A DNA stretch of 64,000 nt, from positions 16,182,142-16,246,141 of the forward strand of contig CAJINV010000001.1 of NCBI GenBank assembly GCA_905178155.1, read 5' to 3'. Below are positions 1 through 11,124 of this stretch, piece after piece; the stretch's first letter is position 1, and each line of letters starts with the position of its first letter. Source of the stretch: Amoebophrya sp. A120. Its lineage: Eukaryota > Protista > Dinoflagellata. The notes beneath the pieces were generated by a model, which was given only the letters and a program-made list of their open reading frames with translations, ran no database searches and had not been told where the DNA came from. Both the position numbers and the translations under genes were made by a program.

Positions 1-1032
1 GAGCTGCAGGCTGACTTGCTGGGGCTGATCGTGAACCAAAACGGGAACCACGTGGTGCAGGCCTGCGTCGAAAACATGCCCGCGGAAAACACCACCTTCA
101 TCGTGCACACGCTGCAGGGCTCCGTCGTGCGCATGGCCCGCCACACCTACGGCTGCCGCGTCCTGCAGCGGATCGTGGAGCGCTGCCAGACCGCCGATGT
201 GGAGCCAATCATCGAAGAGTTGCTACCGGAGTTGGACGACCTGATGCGCGATGAGTACCTATCCACAAGCTTTTTCCTATATTTAACCTTCCGCTTCCCT
301 AAATTTCCAAGGCAACAAAGACGAAAATTTTTTGATGACTTCGACCATAATTTTCTCTGATTCTAACCGTCCCAGCCAAAAATCACGACTTTTTTTTTAC
401 TAGGTGCGCTGTCATCAACCCAAAAATAACCACTGCACAAACAAACCAGGTACGGAAATTACGTGGTGCAGTCCATTGCGGAGCGGATTGGGGCGCCCCG
501 ACGGCCGCAGGTGGTGGACTACGTGTGTGCGAACCTGACGAAACTGGCCACGAACAAATACGCGAGCAACGTGTGCGAGAAGATCATGATGTACAGTTCC
601 GAGGACGACGCCAACCGCATGACCAACATCATCCTGGGCGAGGAGACCGAGCCGGAGCCGCCGGTCCTGACCATGATGCGGCACCGGTACGCCAACTACT
701 GCGTGCAGAAGATGCTGGAGAAAATGTCCGTGGAGTCGCCCTTCGTGGACCGGGTTCGCACCCTGCTCCGCGTGTACGTGCCCCAGATCCGGACCTTCGT
801 GTACGGGAGACACATCTTGCAGTCCCTGTTCCGCCTCGGCGTCATCAACGCCGAGGAGTTGCAGCAGGCGCTGGACGCGTCCCCGGCCGCGCAGAACATC
901 CAGGGGGTCCAGCACACCTCCGCGGGCCACCAGGTCATGGGCCAGCACGCCACCAAGCAGGACACGCACCCGCATCGGACCACCGGGAAAACCCCCCGCT
1001 CGACGCCGCGCGAGCAGCAGGGGCAGGCCTAA
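1..1032 (+). CDS. Pumilio/PUF-repeat RNA-binding protein, C-terminal part (5' end outside window); exons <1-254, 450-1032
   Basis: PUF repeat motifs NQNGNHVVQ, HTYGCRVLQ, DEYGNYVVQ (rebuilt across GT-AG intron 255-449), NKYASNVCEK, HRYANYCVQK, YGRHIL. Confidence 0.93.
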
Positions 1033-3975
1033 GGGAGCGGATTCTTCTATAGTCAGGACTAGGAGCAGCATGAGCATGTTTCTTGATGTTTCTGAGAATG
1101 TGCGTCGTGCTAAAATAGATAGTACTTACACAGGGCTTGCTCGAGAAGTAGAAATTTGTTTCGAGTACTGCGCGAGGTTGTGAACAATATACGTCTGCTC
1201 TACGTAGAGATAGAGATAAGAGGTGGAACGACATGATATATGACCAAGCAGCAGTAAGAAGGCTCTGTTTTGCGGAGTATGAGTATGCACGACATAGTGC
1301 TATGAGAAAGTAGTACAGTAAAACATCAGTAGTCGACCGAACATGATATTCAAAAGAAAATTTTCTAAGCACCTAATTTTATCACGATGAGAATCGGAAT
1401 TCTTTGTAAACTGGTGTGTAGTAGTTGGGGTACTTTTATTTGTTATGACTTCTCATCCTAGACAAGCACAAGAATCTGCAAAGGTCGAAAGAAGAACCTG
1501 TCACACACTCTTTCTCTGAATGAATTCACCGCATTTTTCCGTACAAAGACACCAATTCGCCACAGAAGTCTTACAACCACATGCGCAGAATGATAGCACT
1601 ATTTCCCAGTTTTTTACCCAAATATGCATGGTTTGTCCAATATGTTTTTCTAATTAAGTTTTTATTTTGAAATGTATTGAACGTAGACGTACATATTGTT
1701 TTTGCACTGATTGGTGTCCCTATCACGGTTGTTGCTGGGATAGAACCAGAGGTCCTTACGCTATGTCTCTTAACGAGTCCAGCCGAAGCCCATAAACTCC
1801 TACGTACGGCTATATGCCTAGTCCACCCTTTTTGTTTAAAGCGTAGAAGAAGTTTTACACTTCGAACCTATCCGGCGTTAGTAGGACGGTCGTTTAAAAT
1901 TTTGTTGGGCTGCCGTTGACTTTTCAGCATGCCTTAACGATGTCGCTGCCGTCCTCCTGTGCCGTATTCAACCTGATTTTTTGGCCACAACCTTCCGCCC
2001 TATTTGCTTAGCGCGGGAGCACGTTGCTGGTTCTCTTGTCAGGCCTAGTGCGTCGCTTCGAAGTTTTTTGCAATTACCACAAGAGGCAGAGACTCAAGTG
2101 AATAGCGGGGGGCAGGAGGTTACTAACTTCCATGCGCAGTCTACTTTCTGGCTGCAGCAGAAATTTACAGTATGTATGTTTAGACGTCCAATGTGAATGT
2201 ATGTTTAGATCTTTATTTCGTGACGATTTACCCCGTTTTTATTGCAGTGTGCCGCGCGGGATTTTCTTTGTGCCGGTGAATTGAGCATTGTCACTATGTT
2301 TTTGATCCCAAGCCTGTGGACATTCACTGAATGCGTCGGCAGCTGGTGATCGAACATTTTTACTCTATGCCTACACTAAGACAACTTCGATACTCGGCAT
2401 CTACTTTTCGGCTACACAAATACGTTTTCGAAGATGAGCGTTGGTGTTCTGTAGGATAAGACAACTAGATATTTTCCGGACAAGATGAAATATGAATGCT
2501 CTATACTTTTGAAATGAAACGAAAGATAGAAAGCCAAAAATATTTTTATCGGGGGTATTCCACCAGCTCGAAAGCAAACAGGTAGTAGAGGTAAACATTC
2601 TTGTTGCCAAGGCCTGTAGGGCTCCTTGAAATTGATTTTGTGAGGGGCATTGACGTAAGACAATTTTAATTTGTTACGTAGACCAACGTCCTCACAGGAC
2701 AACGAATGGCTGAAAACAACTCGGGGTACAGTACCGAAAAGTTGTAGAAGAAATCAGCTATTCCTATTCCGCTTGAGGAGTGCTGCTGCACGTATGTAAG
2801 ATTCGGCTTCAAGCGGACGTCCACTTTTGCGACGCCGGTTTGGCTACTACAGATACAGTTTCGTTTCAGAAGATAGTAAGTTTCCATTGAAGCACACTAG
2901 ATGCTTGCCAAGTAAAAATCAATGTCCGGAGAAGTAGAAATAATAAGAAGTAATCCGACAGAACAACATTTAGGAACATACGAAGTCGGTCAAAAGTAGA
3001 ACAAAAATAATGACGTCGCCCCTCTCACTGACAGCGCCGCCGCAGCACGGGTAACCGCGTAGCCTCGTCGTGGAGTTAGATAGAAGGCCGCGGATAGCAA
3101 AAACTATAGTAAGAGTAAGAAAGAAAGTAAAGAAACCGGGCCAATAAATAATAGAGAAATAGCGCATAGATTAGCTTATACACTCCACCCGCGCCCGCCG
3201 TGGTCGTGACCTTCGTGCCGTGATCGAGCGACGCGACAAGGGCCTGCGTTTTTCTTAGGGACGAGGGCGCCGGACATGTCAGTGAGAGGAACCCGTGGGC
3301 TTGTCCTTATCGATCTTTTGTCGTTCCCCTGGTTATTCCTTTGATTCCACCCATGCTATCTTTCTTTGTGCATCAGCACAGCCAGCGTGCTCGAGAACAT
3401 CGCCCCTCTTAACGACGTCGGATGTGGACGCGCCTACACGCGCGACAGAAGGACCTCCGCCAACGACGGGGGAGGGTCAACCGAGGATCGACGACGGGGG
3501 AGCTTTCATTCTGTACTACGTCGGAGCGGGCGACGTTTTTATAATATCATCATGCTGCACTACTTCATTTCGACGGTGGAGGGATTGGGAGTCCTCCACT
3601 GCGGGCTTCAGCCTACAGGTAACTCTGTTGCTTCGCCCTCACAACCATTCGACACAGTAGTGGCTCACTTCTTCTCGACGAACAGGCGTGGCGTCTGGGC
3701 ACTCTGGCAACGGGCTTCGGTCTCGACCCTGTTGTGTGCCAGCGCTACAACTCCAAACTTTGCGCCCCGAGCCATCTGAGTGGTTTGACACGCATCGCGG
3801 TGTAGTAGCTAGTATGTTGCGTTGTCTCTCCATCGGAAATTACGACATCAAGTGAAGACGCACAGCAAGCGGACACAACTACTGCCGCGGATCCAGCGAG
3901 CCACTACACTCAAGCGGCCTGCGACACCATGGGGGCGCTTGCAGTACAGACCGGCAGTTGGGCTTTGAGCAAGGA

Positions 3976-4060
3976 CCGAGGAAGACAACGCCCTAGTGGT
4001 TTACAGACCTACGCCGAGGAAGACAGCGCCCTAGTGGACCGAGGAAGACAGCGCCCTAGT
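3976..4060. repeat. Three near-identical 22-bp direct repeats CCGAGGAAGACA(A/G)CGCCCTAGT
   Basis: Copies start at 3976, 4014 and 4039; spacing is irregular. Confidence 0.9.
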
Positions 4061-4911
4061 TTAGGGTATACCTACAAGCAGCGTTACAAGTTCAAAGGCA
4101 GAAAAGTTTTCGTACAAGAATCTAGCACGTAATATGAGGATGATACAATACACAGGGTTTAGGAAAAAAGTCTGTGTTCAGACTTGGCGCGCTAGTTCGA
4201 CTTTTGTTTCATTACAAGACCACTATGCGTGGCCCGCACTGCATACACGCACCGGGAAGCAATAGTCTTATTAGTGTAGTGTTATGGTGGAGGGTTAACT
4301 GCTCTGCGGTGCCCGAGTCTGTCGAACACAAGTAGTCGTACTTGGCGCAAGTTTTAGGCGCTACGCTACTCGCCACACCGCACCCGTACCCGTACCCTTT
4401 GAAAGGCATGCCTGCGTGTGACGGACCAGAAGTGGCGTAGTTCTGTTCAAAAGGTTGTAATCCCGGATGCTGCGATAGACTTTTATTGTCTGGTCGGCGC
4501 CACTGTGAAAACACGCATAGAAAATGATGGGTTCAGGGATTTACTTACAAGGCAGCGCTACTAGCACCAGAAGAACAAAACTTCCACGGGGAAAGCACTT
4601 CTACACTAATATGAGGATGATACACTAGACAGGGTTTAGGGAAAAAAGTCTGTGATCAGGCTTGGCGCGCTAGTTCGACTATTGTTTCATTACAAGACCA
4701 CTGCTGGTGGCCCGCACTGCATACATGCATCGGGAAGTAATAGTCTTATTAGTGTAGTACTTTGGCGGAGGTGCGTAACACCACCCGAGTCGGGTACAAG
4801 TGGTTGTACTAGGCACAATGATTAGGTGCTACACTACTCGCCACGCACGCCCATACCATACCATACAGATCTACGGTTCGTCTTGCTTGGCTAGTCAACT
4901 GCGAAAACATG
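4060..4911. repeat. Diverged tandem duplication, unit ~480 bp (copy 1 ~4060-4515, copy 2 ~4531-4911)
   Basis: A highly similar core TAATATGAGGATGATACA...GGGTTTAGG...GGCGCGCTAGTTCGACT...TTACAAGACCACT...AATAGTCTTATTAGTGTAGT starts at ~4130 and ~4607; weaker similarity extends on both sides. Confidence 0.9.
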
Positions 4912-5419
4912 TCCTATGGTTAGCTTAAAAGAGAGAATAGCTTAGTAGATAGAAGCTGACTGTAGTGGTTTCCTCCTCCTCCTCCTCCGACAGAACAATC
5001 GGAATGTCAAAATGAATATCTTACAGTAACAAGCAACATCCTCACCTTTATTTAGATAATAAATTGCTGCTGTTGTGGCGGGATGAAAACGTTTCCAATT
5101 CAATCAACTAAAAAAGAACAACCGAAATGGCGAGAAAATGGTAATATGGAGAGACGGAAGTAGATAAACCTAACTTGACAATACGACTCGACAAGTTGCT
5201 GCACGACGTAAATACAAGAAGTAGCAGCAAGCAATGGGATGCGCAATGCGAAGATCGAATTCGACTTGCAGCACGCATCAGTAATGGCTCGGGGCGCATA
5301 TTAGTCGATTCTCGTGTAAATTCTGCCGCGATATTCCTTCCTTGGCCTCAAGGAACGGGTCAATATAGCGCATCAGTTCGTTGTCAATACTCAGCAACTT
5401 TTTTTTGGATATTTTGACA

Positions 5420-5810
5420 ACAGCCGAGGTGGCCGACAGTCTTTTCTTTTTCGACATTTTATTCCGCGCCCGACTAAAAGAGGACAAGAAGCGGTTCACT
5501 ATAGAAGTGGGCGGTGGAACTGGAAAAGGAAATGCAATTTAGGGACGGAAAGACGAGGGGGCTCTGGCTCGCTCGGTCGGGGGGACTTACAATGGAACCC
5601 TTCTCCGAGCTCATCTGCGCCATTTGCAGCCCTCGTCTTACAGGGTCCAGATAAATTGCTACGTTCCGCGTGACGCTTGATCCTTCTGATAGAACCCTCT
5701 TTACTTTTTTCGTACGGGAAGTGGAGGATGGGACAGGGAGAAGCAACTTCAATTTTCTCGCAGATATGAATAGGCGGTGACAAACAAGGTGGAACCCAGG
5801 GAGCGAATGA
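5420..5810 (+). pseudogene. Possible decayed coding sequence of unknown family
   Basis: One frame reads protein-like (ADSLFFFDILFRARLKEDKKRFTIEVGGGTGKG...) but has several in-frame stops; no recognisable motif. Confidence 0.2.
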
Positions 5811-6697
5811 ATGAACAATGAGATCCTATGTTATGGCGGCATGTCAGGACTTCCCCAATGTATTTTATCGGAGGATAGATAAAGAGACGTTGACGTCCCG
5901 TGCGTGATGCGCACTTCCACCGCGCGCAAGAGCGAGCAGCAGATTTGCTGTTGCGTTGTTTGTGCGTACTTACATACAATCTTCGAAGTATGTTCATCAA
6001 CCAGATCCGGTGCGAAGCTAGACGAAAATGGAGCAGACGCACTCGAGGTGCTAGAGACCATCGGATTAGAAATGGAATCGGTGCACCTCCAAAAGCTGTA
6101 AATTCGTGTGATCTCAGACCTGTGACAATCTGCCTAGATTTATAGTAGAATAGATCTGCGTGACCATCCACTGCCGTTCCCTTTCGGCGGAAGAAGTACC
6201 ACTTGCAACGATCCTTTGTAAGTTGAAAGAATCGCGAAGCAGCACTAATTTCTTGCATGAGCTGAAGATCTGTAACGAGCAAAATAATGGTGATCCAGCA
6301 GACCGAAACGGTAAAATTCTAGTTCTAGTTCTAGTTCTCCTGTTAACACCGTGGGCAAACCACGGTAACCGGTGTATTGTGCTGTCTAAGTCTACTCACG
6401 GAATTAAAGCAGATGAGATCGCTGTCGCTAAATAAAATGAGGATCTTCAATGAAGTCGCGTGGAGATAACGAAGTTAATACCACCTTGCAGTTTACCATA
6501 AATTGTGCTGCTGCCGTTTCGCAAACATTCTCAGGTGATTTAGCAGATACTGTGAACAAGAACAATTGCGAAGGAAAATGGCATCAATTTGTTAGCACTA
6601 GAAAAAAATATACTCGGGCCTCGCTTCTTAGGAATAGTAACCAACAGCAGGTACTGCTATTCATTTACATTTCGTTTGACCAAAAAGACGCGACGGA

Positions 6698-8650
6698 ATG
6701 GCGAAAAGTGCGAAGGTGAAGGGCGCCAAGCGCACGGTGGTGGTGAAGGCGAATGAGAAGGCGGTGAAAACGAAAACTGCCGGAGGCCAGAAGCTGAAGA
6801 GCAATAAGCAGCAGACCGCGCCCCTCTCCAAGCAGCTGTTGGCCGACAAGAGTTTCGGGCAGAATTTTCTGAAGAACCCGGGGATTCTGGATAAGATCAT
6901 GAAGGCGGCGGACGTGCAGGGCTTCGAGATCGCCTACGAGATCGGCCCGGGTACGGGGAACCTGACCTCCCGACTGCTGAAGGAGGCCAAACAGGTGATC
7001 GCGCAGGAGATCGACCCGCGCATGGTCGCCGCGGTGCAGAAGCGGGCGCAGGCGGAGAACCAGAGTCACAAGTTCACCATCAAGCAGGGGGACTGTCTCA
7101 AGGCGGACTGGCCGCCCTTCCACGTGCTGGTGGCGAACCTTCCCTACCAAATCTCCTCGCCGTTCACGTTCAAGTTGCTGGCGCAGAAACACAAGTGGCG
7201 TTGCGCCGTCATCATGTTTCAAAAGGAATTCGCGGAGCGCCTGGTCGCGCAGCCAGGAGAAAACTTCTACGGCCGGCTGGCTCTCAACTGCAGGCTCTTT
7301 GCCAAGGTAACTTCGACTTTGCTGTAGTGCATTTTTATTTTTTCGTTTTGTTTGGTGTCACTCTCACTCCGCCTGGGTCATGCAGAAATCCACCAGATGC
7401 ATTTATTTCCGGAGAAGTTTCTTGGTGCATTGTTATTGTTGTACTTGACAACTTTCAGGGAACTTTGAGGTACAAAATTTCTACAGGTGCAGCGCGTGTG
7501 CAAGGTGGACCGGAATTCATTCACGCCGCCACCGAAGGTAGACTCTATGGTGGTGAAGTTTGTGCCGGTGGATAGACCGATTGACGTGGACTTTAAGGAG
7601 TGGGACGGGATGCTGCGGGTCGCCTTTTCTCGGAAGCGCAAGACCTTGGCCGCCAGCTTCCGGAACAAACCGATCTTGAAAATCTTGCAGCAGAACTTTC
7701 TGGCGCTCTGCCAGCAGAAGGGCGTGCAGAGCGAAGGTGCCATTCTGGACCTGCTGAGAAAAGAGATCACTGCCGTGGCGGAGAAGCAAAATAAATCACC
7801 TAACACCCAGAGTGCTAGCGGGCCCCGTGCTGGTTCTTCGAGCGCAAGCAGTACCAGTGGGCTGAATTTCTTCGAAACTACGACATCCACCACGCCAGCT
7901 GCGTCGACGGCTCTTGCGGCACCGACCTCGACCGCCACAGCGACCCCACCAGCAACGTCTTCTACTTCTTTCTCGAGCGGTCTATGCCTCAGTCTCGGGG
8001 GGTCTTCGACAGCCGCAAGTTCCAGCAATGCCCCCGTCAAGCTTGCGATGAGCACCGGAACTGAGGAAGCTATGGACGTCGATGGCGCAAGTTGCGATCC
8101 GAACCTCAGTGGCAAGAGCGCAAGTGGTGCGGCAATAAATCCAGACGACGCGTCGAGTTCTCCGCCGCAAAAGAGAAAAGCCCGGGGGCGGGACCGCGCC
8201 GCAAAGAAGGTGCAGCAGCACGACGACTCCACGGATGACGACGCTCCGGCATGGAAGCAAAAGGTGAAAAAGCCAAAGAACACGAACCGGCCCGGACACC
8301 AACTGCAGCGGGCTGCGGACGGAGCCCTGGTTTATGCCGCCACCGCCGCCCACCAGGGTCTGCAGCTGCTTCAGGAGGCCGAAGAGCAGCGAAAAAACAG
8401 TACCTCCATGGTCATTTCTTCCGCGTGGCAAAAAGAGCACTTTACGAAGGTGTTCTCCGCCTATTGCGTCACGGTGCTGGAGGATTCAGGCGTGGCCAAC
8501 AAGCGCGCCATCACCCTGGACTTGAACGAATTTCTAGCACTTCTGCTCGCGTTCAACCGGCGCGGAATCCACTTCTCGAACGTGACGGACGGCACCGACG
8601 TCGCTATGGACGAAGAGGACGAGGAGGATGACGATGATATGGAGCTGTAA
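6698..8650 (+). CDS. DIM1: 18S rRNA adenine dimethylase DIM1 (KsgA/Dim1 family); exons 6698-7306, 7487-8650
   Basis: FGQNFLKN, EIGPGTGNLT, EIDPRM, VANLPYQISSP, MFQKEFAERL, FTPPPKVDS, C-terminal FLALLLAFNRRGIHF; GT-AG intron 7307-7486 joins in frame. Confidence 0.96.
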
Positions 8651-9192
8651 GTTTTGTTATGGTCTTTAAACGCAGGGCCAAAAGCAAAACTGTAGATTCC
8701 TGCTCTGAGATGCAATTGACGACTTTTCTTGAAATAAACTTCTTTTACTTCCGATCGCCAGGCGTGATGATCATGTAATTGCTGCGCTGGATGCGATGCA
8801 AGTTGAGGAGACATCATGTTGTTCAAGGAGACTGAGTCCGTCTGTGATTCGGCGAAATATTGCTGTGGTTGTTGCAAAAACAAATTATGTTGGAGCAACG
8901 CAAATTCTTCGTCTTCCCGTGTCTGACGTCCAATTTCTTGCGACGCTTGATAGATGGCAGAGTCATTGCAGCGCGCACAGTCGTCTTGTACGAACATCAT
9001 TGAGTTATTTGCACTGTTCGAACGAAGCCAAAGCTCTTGAAGAGTACCAACTTATCGGAAAAGCAGTTTAGTAGTTCTTGGGTGTATGTCTCTAGCAGAA
9101 AAAGTCGTCGACTTGACATAATTCCGTGTAAGATATTTGTCAGCTCATAATTTTTTTCTGTGGCACTAAACTTGACCTTTGACCGAAAGGAA

Positions 9193-10122
9193 ATGACGAC
9201 GGCCGCGAGCAGCGCATCTGGCACGACGACGGCCACGAAGCGGCTGCGGGTGCTTTGCTTACACGGGTTTCGCACTAACGCCGACATTTTGGACATGCAG
9301 CTGGCCATGTCGGTGTTCCACACGCCCAAAATCCACAAGCTGGTTGACTTGGTCTGCGTAAGCGCGCCACATCGCACCGTGCACGAGCAAAAAGTTCCCG
9401 CGGTGGTGCGCGAGGCCTTCGGCGCGCAGCGAAACGGGTATCGGGAATGGTGGAACCGCAACGACGCCACCGGTGTGCTCGACGGAAAAGAGGAAACGAT
9501 GCAGTACCTAAGAAATTTGCTGCGAACCGGGGGTTCGTCGGGACCCGTCGCGGCGTCGCAGGCGCAGAATCCGGCCTTCGATGGCATCTTAGGATTTTCG
9601 CAGGGCGGCGCGGCCTCCCTGTTGCTACTGCAGGAGCTGTATACGCCGGACTTCGGGGTGGCATCACCAACGCCAGTCGCAGCGGTACCGCACTCGTGCA
9701 GACCAAAATTCGGCGTTATTCTCTCCGCGTTCGCGCCCAAGGGACTGGAGCTGCCATCGCCGTTGGACTGCACGTCATCGGAGGACGAAAATAGCGGTAT
9801 GGGTGTGTCAGACAAAGAGCTAACCCTCCGCACGCTGCCCATGCTGTTCATGGGTCAAAAGGACGACCAAGACGTTGCGCTACACCGCCTACGAGCAGTG
9901 GCGCAGCGGTTTGCAAACAGCGTGCTGATCGAAAACCCCGAGGGGGGGCACAAGATCGCGGGCCCGCAGCAAGTGGGTAGCGAGCACATGGAGCAAATTT
10001 TCCGCTTCTTCCGCGCTCGGTGGCAGGAGCGATTTGGGGTGGAGCCAGATTCCGACGACGAGAATATGGGTACAACGCCAACTTCTGCCGGCGGAGGTAC
10101 CCACACGGCTTCGAACATGTAG
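9193..10122 (+). CDS. FSH1/OVCA2-family serine hydrolase (alpha/beta hydrolase), intronless
   Basis: LRVLCLHGFRTN, REWW, FDGILGFSQG nucleophile elbow, GQKDDQDV acid, GGH histidine. Confidence 0.9.
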   Translation: MTTAASSASGTTTATKRLRVLCLHGFRTNADILDMQLAMSVFHTPKIHKLVDLVCVSAPHRTVHEQKVPAVVREAFGAQRNGYREWWNRNDATGVLDGKEETMQYLRNLLRTGGSSGPVAASQAQNPAFDGILGFSQGGAASLLLLQELYTPDFGVASPTPVAAVPHSCRPKFGVILSAFAPKGLELPSPLDCTSSEDENSGMGVSDKELTLRTLPMLFMGQKDDQDVALHRLRAVAQRFANSVLIENPEGGHKIAGPQQVGSEHMEQIFRFFRARWQERFGVEPDSDDENMGTTPTSAGGGTHTASNM

Positions 10123-11124
10123 GGATTTTCCGCGTTATTTCTTCGCGTTACAGGGACTCTGAAGGATGTTTCTAAGTAGCTCGAACGGTGCTCGTTCCCA
10201 CCCCTGCGCAAAGTAAGTAAAGTGTGCGTGTGTTTGATCGCACAAGCTTGTATTGCCTTGGTCTTGTTTTGGATGTGCAATGGCATTTATTTTTCAGCAG
10301 CTTTCTTGTCAGGGATACTAGATTGAATCTGTTTTTTGTAACCCAGCTTTTCATGCACATGCTAGAGATAGGCATACGCATAGGGTCATAATTCACTTGT
10401 GCTTCATTGCTCAGTATCAGGCAAATGAAAAATCTTTTGAGAAGATTCTCTTTCTATCAAAATAGCGCGACTCTTATTGCGGAAGCGGACGCGCTATTCC
10501 GATGCCTGTAATTGTTTTTTTTTGTTTCGCTTTCGTCATTCAGGTAGAGGTAAATCGATTCTACTCATCTTCCTTGCGCTTCGGTTGAAATGCCACCAAA
10601 CCGACAGAAGGCACTTTTTGTCTCTAGCCGTTGATTGGCTTTGACTTTGATGGCGATCTGGTTGCCGGTGATGTTTCTTCCGTGTGATTCCGTAAATCGT
10701 GGCTCTACAACGCTCAATCTGTGCCTTTTTTTCTGTCGTGATTTTTTTCCCGACCATCTGGCGAGCGAAAATCAGCGAGAGATGAAAATAAAAGGAAAAA
10801 TAAGGCCACAGCAGCAATTTTTTTCTGCGCATGTTTCAGTAATGTGAAGGTGAAACCCCAGGACACAGCTCGTCGCAATCGTGCCTGTGTCACGTAATCT
10901 CTCTTACCTCCGTTTTCGTTTGTTGGTGGAATTCCTTTTGAAAAATCCCCTTCTTTCTATAGCGCTACGGACACGCGCGAGCGAACTTGAAAGTATGAAA
11001 AGATGTTGAAGCAAAGAAGCCGTGCACGCCGCGCAAAACTACTTGGAGCCCAGCACCAAGCCGAGTTCTGAAGATAGGAGACCTTTGAAGGAGACAGGCC
11101 CAAAGAGGGGCGGCAGCCGCAACC

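Noticed and set aside
3976-4060. CRISPR-like direct repeats
   Set aside because: Only three copies, with spacers of ~16 and ~3 nt; no cas genes; eukaryotic context
4280-4820. Twister- or hammerhead-like motifs (GGAGG...TAA...CAAG) in the tandem repeat
   Set aside because: The required stems and pseudoknots could not be built in both copies; no CTGANGA/GAAA core
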